A stretch of DNA of 63,937 nucleotides, counting the filler, from Myxococcota bacterium (GTDB lineage Bacteria > Myxococcota_C > UBA6777), in the NCBI GenBank assembly GCA_023150835.1. It is 7 parts of 7 records of this genome, joined end to end, with 100 filler letters (N's around TTAATTAATTAA, not from the genome) between each part and the next. Parts side by side here need not be neighbours in the genome. Positions count along the whole stretch, not along the records: positions 35,062 to 48,317 come from JAKLKB010000190.1; positions 48,418 to 56,405 come from JAKLKB010000191.1; 5 more parts are not named here. One strand, given 5' to 3'. Shown one piece after another: positions 45,109 through 53,823 of the stretch. The position numbers and the translations under genes were made by a program. Position 1 is the first letter of the stretch. Each line of letters opens with the position of its first letter. The notes under the pieces are model-generated. The model did no database searches. It was not told the origin of the DNA and was given only the letters and a program-made list of their open reading frames with translations.

Positions 45109-46929
45109 ATGCGCACGATTCATCTTCCTTTCTTGGATGGACTTTACGGGGCGCGGATAGGTGGGCTTCATGGGGCGCGGCCCCAAACCCCGCAAGGGAA
45201 CTTCGTCCCCTTGACCCCCTATCGGCGGAACGAACACAGGTTTTTCACACCAACGTCTGCTCCGCTTGAAGCAGCACGATCACGGCTATTTCCACGACGC
45301 TGCTTTGGGGCCGTTTGGTCTGTGCTGTGGGTGTGTGTTTGCGTGTGGGGATGGCTGACAAGCGCGTGGGCCTTCAACTTTCCGATCAAAAAGCCCCGTA
45401 TCTCGATGGATATCAACCTATCCACGATCTTTGAGTACCACACGTATAACCCTGCTTCTCAGCGCCCTGCCCACGCCTTTAACTACTTCGATCTCCAAAA
45501 CCGCCTTGATCTCAAGGTTTCCGTCGATGACGTCAGTTTTGGTGGCCGCCTTGATACCTTCAACTTCTTTGGCGATGCGGCCCCTTGCCCTGCCAAATTC
45601 CCCAACTGCGCGGCGGCTTACATCCCCGAGAAACTCTTCCTCAACGTCCGTGTCGGTCGCTTCGAGTTCACCGCAGGCGATTATTATCTCACCGTCGGAA
45701 GAGGGATCGCCCTCGCCATCCGAAAAGTCGATACCTTCGGCATTGACACCACCTTACGCGGCGCACGCGCCACTTACCAACACGACGACTTCCAAGCCAC
45801 CGTTGCAGGCGGCTTTACCAACACCAACAACTTTGAACCCGTTCAAGAGATCATCCTCGACGATCCCAACGACTTCATCTTTGCCGCAGATGTCGAACAA
45901 CGTTTTCTCAAGCTGTTTCGGCTGGCCGCTCACTACGTTTTTTCACGCATCGATCAGCGCGTCGTAGAGGCCAACGGCACCGAAAAAACCCTGATCCGCA
46001 CCACCTCTCACATCGGCGGTGGGCGCATCACGTTTCCCCGTATCTTCGACAAGATGGATGTTTACTTTGAAGGGAACTTTCAGATCGAAGACAACAACGG
46101 GCTTTATCGCGACCCGGGTTATGCCCTGTATTTCAACTACAACGGCTATTTTTTCCCCTTCACTGTCCAGCTTGAAGCCCAGTGGTACTCGCGTTATCGT
46201 CTACAAAGCACTTTTACCCAACGCTACAGCACCGTATCAACGCCTCCTGTGCTGTACCTCAATCAGCCAAGTATGGAGCGCCCCGATCTCGATACCCAAG
46301 GCGACAACGCCAACTCCAAAGGCTTGCGCTTGCGCATCGATTACACCTTCCTCAACCGCGCTGCTGTCGTGCATCTCAATTACCTGTTCCGCTACGGATT
46401 TACCGACCGCGCCGATGCAGAGCAGCTCATGATCCACCATGCCTACGCTGGCTTCGAATATCACGGCGATATCGTGCATCTCAATCTCAGCGGTGGATGG
46501 CGGCACATCACAGGCTTCGAATACTGGCGACTGATCCACGCAGACGCCGATATCTCGATCCGCTTTGCACAAAAACACGCCTTCGATATCGTCGGTCGCT
46601 ACTGGAACAACGAACGCGGCGAATCCTTTTTGCCCGGCATCCCCATCGAACAGCAGATGCGCGCCTTCCATATCGTCGATGCACAGGTCGGCTACACCTT
46701 CTCTGGCATCGGAAGCCTCGCCTTCTTGTTTTCTTACACCAACGAAAGCAGCGACCTCAGCGTGCGGCAGCTCTACTATGCCGTCGAAGCCAAGATCCTG
46801 CTTTCGCGCTTTGGCTTTCTCAAACTTTTTTATGGCAACGTGCGTGGCGGACTGCGCTGCGTTTCAGGCGTCTGCCGCATCTTCCCGCCCTTTGAGGGCT
46901 TCCGCACCGAGTTGCTTTTCCGTATATAA
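45109..46929 (+). CDS. outer-membrane beta-barrel-like protein (DUF6029-like)
   Basis: Amphipathic beta strands; GDYYLTVGRGIAL...DTTLRG; C-terminal RGGLRCVSGVCR...FEGF; start uncertain because a family B element lies in the 5' region. Confidence 0.72.
   Translation: MRTIHLPFLDGLYGARIGGLHGARPQTPQGNFVPLTPYRRNEHRFFTPTSAPLEAARSRLFPRRCFGAVWSVLWVCVCVWGWLTSAWAFNFPIKKPRISMDINLSTIFEYHTYNPASQRPAHAFNYFDLQNRLDLKVSVDDVSFGGRLDTFNFFGDAAPCPAKFPNCAAAYIPEKLFLNVRVGRFEFTAGDYYLTVGRGIALAIRKVDTFGIDTTLRGARATYQHDDFQATVAGGFTNTNNFEPVQEIILDDPNDFIFAADVEQRFLKLFRLAAHYVFSRIDQRVVEANGTEKTLIRTTSHIGGGRITFPRIFDKMDVYFEGNFQIEDNNGLYRDPGYALYFNYNGYFFPFTVQLEAQWYSRYRLQSTFTQRYSTVSTPPVLYLNQPSMERPDLDTQGDNANSKGLRLRIDYTFLNRAAVVHLNYLFRYGFTDRADAEQLMIHHAYAGFEYHGDIVHLNLSGGWRHITGFEYWRLIHADADISIRFAQKHAFDIVGRYWNNERGESFLPGIPIEQQMRAFHIVDAQVGYTFSGIGSLAFLFSYTNESSDLSVRQLYYAVEAKILLSRFGFLKLFYGNVRGGLRCVSGVCRIFPPFEGFRTELLFRI
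45172..45286 (+). repeat. family B element within the 5' end of the beta-barrel ORF
   Basis: GGGGCGCGGCCCCAAACCCCGCAAGGG...CCCTTGACCCCCTATCGGCGGAACG...CGCTTGAAGCAGC. Confidence 0.8.
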
Positions 46930-46975
46930 GCAATCTGTTGGATGGACTTGAGTGAATCTTGTTGGAGGTTTTGAT

Positions 46976-47824
46976 ATGCAACGACGGCTCGCCTATTTGG
47001 GCCTATTTCTCGGCTTGTTTTTTTTCTACCTCGCTGCTTGCAACGGTGACACCCGCTGTTTCTTTGATTACAACTGCCCTCAAGGGCAGTATTGCGTCGG
47101 TGGATCCTGCCAAGACACCCCTCCCCCCGGTGTCGAAGTCCCCAAAGAAGCCACGCCAGAAGCGGGTCCCGAGCCGATGCCCGAGCCGATGCCCGAACCC
47201 GCCCCCGAGCCGACGCCCGAACCCACTCCCGAAGGCCCTCAAAGCTGCCAAGCCCACAGCGATTGCACCCGCGAACCCAACAAGACCTGCTACGACAAAC
47301 TCTGTGTTCCCGGATACATCGAGTTCAGCTTCACCGCAGGCCACCCTATCATCAACCTCAAAGCCGCTGCCACGGCCTGCACCTCCAACACCAACTGCCA
47401 GCCATGGCAATTCTGCGAAACCCGCGCAAGCCCCGTCCGATGCTACCCCAAACTCGATAACAACGCCCAAGCCAAGGGCCGCATCGGTTCCGATACCTAC
47501 TTCCTCGATGGCTACGCCACTTCCACCGTCCAATCCATTGACGGCAAAAACTACCTCGTCACCTACGTGACAGGCGATGTTTCCGAAAAATTACAGCGCA
47601 TCCTTGAGATCCACATCCCTCTTGACAACGTGCAGATCGGCCAATTCGAGATCAAACCTGATGGCGCAAAAGCCTTTCTCTTCAATGATTACATCGAATT
47701 CTCCCCCACCCGCCGCGTCCTCACCGCCGAAGCCATCCGTGGTGATATCCAACTCACTCTCGCTGGAAAAACCCTCGGAAACACCATCGCTGGTTCCGCC
47801 AACCTGATCTTTCAAGCCCGCTAA
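46976..47824 (+). CDS. Cys-knot-containing putative lipoprotein
   Basis: GGAGG RBS; lipobox LAAC; three small Cys knots; (PE)n linker; beta-rich C-terminus. Confidence 0.82.
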   Translation: MQRRLAYLGLFLGLFFFYLAACNGDTRCFFDYNCPQGQYCVGGSCQDTPPPGVEVPKEATPEAGPEPMPEPMPEPAPEPTPEPTPEGPQSCQAHSDCTREPNKTCYDKLCVPGYIEFSFTAGHPIINLKAAATACTSNTNCQPWQFCETRASPVRCYPKLDNNAQAKGRIGSDTYFLDGYATSTVQSIDGKNYLVTYVTGDVSEKLQRILEIHIPLDNVQIGQFEIKPDGAKAFLFNDYIEFSPTRRVLTAEAIRGDIQLTLAGKTLGNTIAGSANLIFQAR

Positions 47825-47857
47825 CCCCTCCCATATCTCACGATCGGTGATTTGTTT

Positions 47858-48317
47858 ATGGGGCGCTGCCCCATACGCGCCTTGTTAAGGCGGAAATATC
47901 GGATAATCGAGGATGATCGCTCTTTCTTTTGTCGCCCCCCCCCTCATTCCCACCGTTGGCCGATGGGAATGAGGGGGGGCGAAGACGCTCTCTCGTGCAA
48001 ACAGCGTGCGGCATGCAAAACCAAAACCTCGCGGCCTCCGAAGATCGAGGGCAGGCACACCTGTCTGCCCCTACGAAACACCGTGTGATCTCCAGCACGT
48101 AGGGGCAACCCGGTGTGGTTTGCCCTGTTGTTGGGGTTCATTCAAAACAGATGGCGATGAAGAGGTCACCAACGCAACAGAGCGAGGGCAGGCACACCTG
48201 TCTGCCCCTACGAAACACCGTGTGATCTCCAGCACGTAGGGGCAACCCGGTGTGGTTTGCCCTGTTGTTGGGGTTAGTTCAAAACAGATGGCGATGAAGA
48301 GGTCACCGACGCAACAG
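47858..48317. repeat. diverged family A element followed by 137-bp tandem REP-pair units, cut by contig end
   Basis: GGGGCGCTGCCCCATACGCGCCTTGTTAAGG...; GGGCAGGCACACCTGTCTGCCCCTAC / GTAGGGGCAACCCGG pairs at 48049 and 48186. Confidence 0.78.
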
Positions 48318-48417
48318 NNNNNNNNNNNNNNNNNNNNNNNNNNNNNNNNNNNNNNNNNNNNTTAATTAATTAANNNNNNNNNNNNNNNNNNNNNNNNNNN
48401 NNNNNNNNNNNNNNNNN
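48318..48417. other. artificial contig-joining spacer
   Basis: 44 N + TTAATTAATTAA + 44 N. Confidence 0.98.
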
Positions 48418-48676
48418 TGCGGTTTGTTGTAAACGCCCTGTGATTGGGCAGCCACACCTGTCTGCCCCTACTTTTTCACGTACTTCACGGACGGAACTCG
48501 TAGAAACTGTTTGCTTTGAAAAAAGCAGCCGTCGAAGCGAACAGTCCGGAGCAGAAATTTCTGTCAGAAAAGTATGCGGGCAAGCGTTTTCTTTTGCGTA
48601 AGGTGTTGTCAAGAAGCCATCGCTTTTTTTGCTCTGGTTGTTTTTGTTCTTTTCCATCGAATAAAGGAGAGAAACG

Positions 48677-49387
48677 ATGTCCGATGTGTTTACACCTGTA
48701 TCGGTGAAAGTATGGGGTGACTATGCTTGTTTTACTCGACCTGAGATGAAGGTCGAACGTGTTTCTTATGATGTGATGACTCCTTCGGCTGCGCGGGGGA
48801 TCTTGGAGGCGATCTTTTGGAAGCCAGAGTTTGAGTGGCAAGTTCGACGGATCAGCGTTCTGCGACCGCTGCGGCGTTTTTCGATGACGCGCAATGAGGT
48901 GAGTTCTGTGATCAGCGCCAAGGCAGCAAGAAAGTGGGAAACAGAAGGACTCGGTGGCTACACGGCGGATCAAGATCGAACACAACGGCACAGCTTGGTT
49001 TTGCGTGATGTCGCTTATCTGATCGAGGCCGAAGTGGTCCCTTATGAGCGGGATGCTGGTCTTTTTGCGAAATACCGCGAGCAGTTTCGCCGCCGCGTGG
49101 CGCACGGGCAATGCTTTCGCACGCCTTATCTTGGATGCCGCGAGTTTTCCGCCTCTTTTGGACCGCCCGAAGATTCCGATATCCCCATCGATCTTTCGAT
49201 GGAGATGGGCCGAATGTTGTTTGATTTGTGCTATGTCCGTAGCGGGAAAAAACAAGGCGAAGCCATCCCGTTTTTTTTCCAATCAGCCCTTCACAAGGGT
49301 GTGATGGAGATCGATCCTACCCTTTACAAAAAAACCGATGTCCCTCCACCCAAACGTCTTCGTCGAGCCGCTCTTGGCGATGAGTGA
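48677..49387 (+). CDS. cas5: type I-C CRISPR-associated protein Cas5c (Cas5d)
   Basis: VWGDYACFTRPEMKVERVSYDVMTPSAARGILEAIFWKP; PYLGCREF; AAGGAG RBS. Confidence 0.97.
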   Translation: MSDVFTPVSVKVWGDYACFTRPEMKVERVSYDVMTPSAARGILEAIFWKPEFEWQVRRISVLRPLRRFSMTRNEVSSVISAKAARKWETEGLGGYTADQDRTQRHSLVLRDVAYLIEAEVVPYERDAGLFAKYREQFRRRVAHGQCFRTPYLGCREFSASFGPPEDSDIPIDLSMEMGRMLFDLCYVRSGKKQGEAIPFFFQSALHKGVMEIDPTLYKKTDVPPPKRLRRAALGDE

Positions 49388-49485
49388 CACCGAGTACACC
49401 TGATCGAAGGTCCACACGATCCATCCGCATCTCGATCCCCTCGGCCCCTTGGCGAGGAGTGACACCGAGTATACTTGATCGAAGG
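49374..49485 (+). repeat. 37-bp imperfect direct repeat pair with 38-bp spacer between cas5 and cas8c
   Basis: TTGGCGATGAGTGACACCGAGTACACCTGATCGAAGG (49374-49410) and TTGGCGAGGAGTGACACCGAGTATACTTGATCGAAGG (49449-49485); 3 mismatches. Confidence 0.9.
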
Positions 49486-49493
49486 AGTTCCCC

Positions 49494-51629
49494 ATGTTGT
49501 TGCAAAGATTGTGGGAGCTGCGAGAGCAGCTTGGCGATGATTACGATACACCCGAATCTTACAAGAAGCGCGACGTCCACTTCGCTGTAGAGATCGACAA
49601 AGAAGGCCATTTCCTTGATATCTCGCGGCTTGGTGAGGCCAACGGAAAGAACCAAGCCTTGAAGATCGCGACTCCCGATAACAGCAATCGCGGAGGAAAA
49701 GAGCCTCCCCCGTTCCTCTTTGTGGACAAGCCTCAATATGTGCTTGCTGTGCTCGATCCCAAAGAAAAAGCCAAAGCCCTCAGCCCCGAAAAGGCCCATC
49801 AACTGTTCGTCCAACTCGTCCTCGATCTTGTCAAGGGGAAGGGGACGTGGAAGGGCTGCTCCTCTAACGACGAGGGTTATGTGCTGCTGCAAGCGGCTGT
49901 GGAGTTCTTGTGCGGAGAACAGCGACAACGCGCAACCGACGAGCTGAGCAAGCGTTATGCGGATCGCGACCTGCCAGACAAAACACAGCAGGTGTACGAA
50001 AAGCACCAACATCCCGAAAAAAACAGCTTCTTTGCCTTACGTGTGGATGGCCTGTGGCTGCATGACCTACCCTGTGCAAGGGCGTTTTGGGCGTGCCTCT
50101 GTCGCGAGGCGTCGGCCACAAAGAAGCCATCCTCAAAAGCCAAAAAAGCCGCTGCTCCCGACCCAAACGAAGCTTCTTTTGAGGACGCTTCCTGCGATGT
50201 CTCCGCTGCAAATGAAAGCAGCGAACTTTTCCAATCCCTTCAACCTGATACGGGCGAGCTTTTCCAAACCAGCGACACGGACGACGCTGTCGCGCCAGAG
50301 ACCGACAAAAACGCCAAGAAAAAAACCAAGGCGACCAAAGCAAAAGCCAGCGCCCAAAGCGAAGAAGAGGTGGCCCCTGTGCTGCCTTGCTTGGTCACGG
50401 GTGAAGTGGCCCCGATCGCTCGGCTGCATGACGCGGTCCGCTTGGGTGGGCAACCTTGTCAGATCGTGTCCGCAAACAGCGACGCTTTTGTCTCTTACGG
50501 ACACAAACAAGCCTATACATCGCCCGTTTCGCAAGATGCAATGAAGGCGTACACCGAATCCTTGCGTTATCTGCTTGAAAGGCCGAACAATCGGGCTTTT
50601 GTAGGAGAAACGGGCTATGTGTTTTGGGCCAAACGCGGAGGTCAGGGCCTGCCGATCGATATCTTTGAAGAGGTTCAGCCCGAGCAAGTCCGAGCATTGT
50701 TGCAGTCTGCATTTTCCGGAAAAAAGCAAGACGTCGATGAGCTCCAACAGTCCGAATTTTACGCCGTTGCGTTGCGCTCCAACCAAAAGCGCATGATCGT
50801 CCGTGACTATCTCGAAACCACGCTCGAACAAGTCCAACACCACCTCAAACGCTGGTTTGAAGGCCACGCCATCCTCTTCTCTTTGGACTCCGGCAGCCCC
50901 CCAGAGGCTTTGCGCTACTTTGGTCTCAAACGCCTTGCTTCCGCCTTTACACGCAACGCCACCGGCGAATTCAAAGAGATGGAAAAGCTCTCTCCTTTGA
51001 TCCTTGACGCGCTGTTCCACGCGGCACTTACCGGACGACCTTTGCCGCTGTCCTTGCTTGTTCAGCTTTTGCAACGCATCCGAAACGATGGGGCTCTTTT
51101 CCAAACGCCCCAACGGGCCGCACTTTTGCGCATGATCCTTAACGCACACCACGCTACGGAGGTTCCTATGAACGCTGCTCTCGATCCCCAACAACACCAA
51201 CCCGCTTATCTTTGCGGCCGCTTGTTTGCCGTCCTCGAAGATCTGCAACGTGCCGCACTCGGTAAGACCAATTCCACCATCGCCGATCGCTTTATGGGCA
51301 CGGCTTCTTCTGCTCCCGCTTCGGTCTTTGGCCGCCTGCTGCGTGGCGCACAGCCTCACCTCCAATCGCTGCGCAAAACCAACGAACCCGCCTATTTCGC
51401 CCTACAAGACCGTATCGCAGACATCTTGCAGCATCTTCCCTCCTTCCCGATGTTGCTCGATCTCAAAGAACAAGGCACTTTTTCCCTTGGCTATTATCAC
51501 CAACGTCATCAGACTCGTGCTGAGATCCGCGAACGAAAAGAGCTGAAGGCGTTGGCAAACTTGATCGATGCTTCGTCCTCCAATACTGCATCCTCCGATG
51601 AGACTGCTTCGAAACACGAAACGGCTTGA
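49494..51629 (+). CDS. cas8c: type I-C large subunit Cas8c (Csd1)
   Basis: MLLQRL.E; CLVTGE..PIARLH; VSANSDAFVSYG; AYLCGRLFAVLE..Q...N.TIADRF...ASSAP; EQG.F.LGYYHQ. Confidence 0.95.
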   Translation: MLLQRLWELREQLGDDYDTPESYKKRDVHFAVEIDKEGHFLDISRLGEANGKNQALKIATPDNSNRGGKEPPPFLFVDKPQYVLAVLDPKEKAKALSPEKAHQLFVQLVLDLVKGKGTWKGCSSNDEGYVLLQAAVEFLCGEQRQRATDELSKRYADRDLPDKTQQVYEKHQHPEKNSFFALRVDGLWLHDLPCARAFWACLCREASATKKPSSKAKKAAAPDPNEASFEDASCDVSAANESSELFQSLQPDTGELFQTSDTDDAVAPETDKNAKKKTKATKAKASAQSEEEVAPVLPCLVTGEVAPIARLHDAVRLGGQPCQIVSANSDAFVSYGHKQAYTSPVSQDAMKAYTESLRYLLERPNNRAFVGETGYVFWAKRGGQGLPIDIFEEVQPEQVRALLQSAFSGKKQDVDELQQSEFYAVALRSNQKRMIVRDYLETTLEQVQHHLKRWFEGHAILFSLDSGSPPEALRYFGLKRLASAFTRNATGEFKEMEKLSPLILDALFHAALTGRPLPLSLLVQLLQRIRNDGALFQTPQRAALLRMILNAHHATEVPMNAALDPQQHQPAYLCGRLFAVLEDLQRAALGKTNSTIADRFMGTASSAPASVFGRLLRGAQPHLQSLRKTNEPAYFALQDRIADILQHLPSFPMLLDLKEQGTFSLGYYHQRHQTRAEIRERKELKALANLIDASSSNTASSDETASKHETA
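51168..51629 (+). CDS. cas11: predicted internally translated small subunit Cas11c
   Basis: In-frame ATG at 51168 preceded by GGAGG about 5 nt upstream, right before the AYLCGRLFA domain. Confidence 0.7.
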   Translation: MNAALDPQQHQPAYLCGRLFAVLEDLQRAALGKTNSTIADRFMGTASSAPASVFGRLLRGAQPHLQSLRKTNEPAYFALQDRIADILQHLPSFPMLLDLKEQGTFSLGYYHQRHQTRAEIRERKELKALANLIDASSSNTASSDETASKHETA

Positions 51630-51714
51630 TCTGTTTTTTTCTCTCGATATCTGTCAGAATCCTTTTGTTTCAGACGTTCTTTTTCGTAGAGTGACGCGGT
51701 TGGATTTGTTTTGT

Positions 51715-51828
51715 GGGGCTTTGCCCCACGCCCCACAAGGGAGCATCGCTCCCTTGACCCTGTATCGGCGAAGAGATTACTGGTTTTTCAAACCAACCAC
51801 TCTGTCGCTTGAGTGGCGTGAACACGGG
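51715..51828 (+). repeat. family B element between cas8c and cas7
   Basis: GGGGCTTTGCCCCACGCCCCACAAGGG...CCCTTGACCC...GGTTTTTCAAACC...CGCTTGAG...GAACACGGG. Confidence 0.82.
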
Positions 51829-51938
51829 TTTTTTCCACCGCATCACTCTTATCAAGATCGCGCTTGCTATCGGTAAATATGGTGCCTTCGGCTCGTATGA
51901 GCCTCTTCACTTTTTATGACACAACACGGAGAGTTCCC

Positions 51939-52844
51939 ATGACAAAGCATTACCTCGACCCCAACAAACGCCATGACGCTGTTCTTCTTTTCGATGTCCA
52001 AGATGGAAATCCCAACGGCGATCCCGATGCCGGCAACCTCCCCCGCGTCGACCCCGAAACCATGCACGGCATCGTCACCGACGTTTGTCAAAAGCGAAAA
52101 GTCCGCAATTTCGTCGACTACGCACGCGGAAAACAACCTCGCTTCAAGATCTACGTCCAAGAAGGTGCTGTTCTCAACGCCCAACACGCTCGTGCCTATC
52201 TCGACGAAGACAACGCCATCCGCTCGTACCTCAAAGGCAATGCTCCAAACTTTAAAACGGAAAAGCAGTCCCCCGATGTCACCGAGAAAGCTCGGATCTG
52301 GATGTGCCAAAACTTCTACGATGTCCGTATGTTTGGCGCGGTGATGTCGATGGGCGTCAACTGTGGTCAGGTCCGTGGGCCCTTGCAGTTCACTTTTGCC
52401 CGCTCTATCGACCCGATCACTCCGCTTGATATCTCGATCACCCGCATGGCCGTCACCAAAGAAGAAGAAAAAGACAAAGAGCGTACGATGGGCCGCAAAG
52501 CCATGATTCCTTATGGTCTCTATCGTTCTCACGTCTTTTTCTCTCCACACCAAGCCCAAGATACCGGTGTCCAAACCGAAGATCTCGAAGTCTTTTGGGA
52601 TGCTTTGCTGCAAATGTGGGAAGTCGATCGTTCCGCATCACGCGGTATGATGGCTTGTCGTGGCTTGGTGATCTTTTCGCATGATTCTCCTCTCGGAAAA
52701 GCCCCTGCGCACCAGCTCTTTGCTCGCTTGCAGATCCAACGCAAACAAGGTGTCGCAACCCCCCGTTCCTTCGCTGATTACGCCGTCTCTCTCGATCAAA
52801 GCGACCTTCCCCAAGGCGTCCATCTTTCCGTCTTGACCCTTTAA
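51939..52844 (+). CDS. cas7: type I-C backbone subunit Cas7 (Csd2)
   Basis: FDVQDGNPNGDPDAGNLPRVDPET; TDVC.KRKVRN; FYDVRMFGAVM; GQVRGP.Q; TMGRK...PYGLY. Confidence 0.97.
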   Translation: MTKHYLDPNKRHDAVLLFDVQDGNPNGDPDAGNLPRVDPETMHGIVTDVCQKRKVRNFVDYARGKQPRFKIYVQEGAVLNAQHARAYLDEDNAIRSYLKGNAPNFKTEKQSPDVTEKARIWMCQNFYDVRMFGAVMSMGVNCGQVRGPLQFTFARSIDPITPLDISITRMAVTKEEEKDKERTMGRKAMIPYGLYRSHVFFSPHQAQDTGVQTEDLEVFWDALLQMWEVDRSASRGMMACRGLVIFSHDSPLGKAPAHQLFARLQIQRKQGVATPRSFADYAVSLDQSDLPQGVHLSVLTL

Positions 52845-52972
52845 TCGCTCGCCATTTTCGTCTTCTGATCGTTGCCCCGCTCTCTCTGCCCCTTCCTTCT
52901 CTTGCTGCTTTTTTCGGATGGATGCGACGTCATCGTTTCATTTTCTCCGAACGACGCCGAGTCGCGTCTTGT

Positions 52973-53090
52973 TGGGGGTCCCCTTCACCCCGCTGCCTTC
53001 GTGCAGCTCTCTTGCCCTCGTTGGGCCGAAGAGAACGAGGTTTCTCACTCCGACGACTCTGTCGCTTGAACCGCCGAGAACTCGGCGGTT
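52973..53090 (+). repeat. degenerate family B element between cas7 and cas4
   Basis: GGGGGTCCCC..CACCCCGC...GAAGAGA...GGTTTCTCA..CC.AC.ACTCTGTCGCTTGA aligns with 51715-51812. Confidence 0.55.
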
Positions 53091-53144
53091 TCCACTTCGC
53101 TCGTTTTTTGATCACCGTGCTCGTTTTACCAGAAAGGAACAGCG

Positions 53145-53792
53145 ATGTCTTTTTCTACTCTTTCAGAAGTCCCTTCCACGCTTTGGTTGCCGCTTTCGGC
53201 TTTGCAAGCCTACCGATTTTGCCCTCGTCAGAGTGCGCTGATCCATAACGAGCAGATCTTCGACGAAAATCTTTACACGCTTCGAGGGCGTTTGGAACAC
53301 GAGCGCGTCCATGAAGAAGGCTTTGAGATCAAAGGTCAAACCCATCTCCATCGCGGACTACGCCTGTTTCACGATGATCTCGGGATCCACGGGGTGGCCG
53401 ATCTGGTCGAGATCACTTACCAAGACCAACAGATCACCTCGATCTTTCCTGTGGAGTACAAGTACGGTCGTCGAAAACGTGAAGAACACGACGATATCCA
53501 GCTTGCTGCACAAGCACTTTGTCTTGAATTCATGTTCCGTCTGTCTGTTCCTCTTGGGGCCATCTTCCACATCTCTTCGCATCGTCGCCGTGATGTCTCT
53601 ATCGACGCCGATCTTCGGCGATCTTTGTTCGATACCATCCACGCTTTGCGGCAGATGCTCCTTTCTCAAAAAACTCCTCCTCCTGCTGCCGATCAGCGTT
53701 GTCGCCTTTGTGCGCAAGCCGATTCTTGCCTTCCTTTTGCCTCAAAAAAACTGCGCGAACATCGATCTTCTCTGCAACATCCGATCGAATGA
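53145..53792 (+). CDS. cas4: CRISPR-associated exonuclease Cas4
   Basis: LSALQAYRFCPRQ, G..DLVE, PVEYKYG, QLAAQALCLE, C..C.....C Fe-S ligands. Confidence 0.96.
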   Translation: MSFSTLSEVPSTLWLPLSALQAYRFCPRQSALIHNEQIFDENLYTLRGRLEHERVHEEGFEIKGQTHLHRGLRLFHDDLGIHGVADLVEITYQDQQITSIFPVEYKYGRRKREEHDDIQLAAQALCLEFMFRLSVPLGAIFHISSHRRRDVSIDADLRRSLFDTIHALRQMLLSQKTPPPAADQRCRLCAQADSCLPFASKKLREHRSSLQHPIE

Positions 53793-53823
53793 TCGATCCT
53801 TCACCTCTTTGGAGAGAGTCGCT

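Noticed and set aside
35062-48317. A complete DGR cassette (TR, RT, avd) near the FGE gene
   Set aside because: No reverse-transcriptase ORF or adenine-rich second copy of the VR was found by eye in the window; only the target-like gene is reported.
48418-48676. Claim of a naturally cas3-less type I-C system
   Set aside because: The contig begins only 259 bp upstream of cas5 in a repeat, so absence cannot be established.
53311-53823. Apparent N-terminal extension of Cas1 (Cas4-Cas1-like fusion)
   Set aside because: It overlaps cas4 in a different frame; cas4 has its own stop at 53792 and cas1 starts at 53824.
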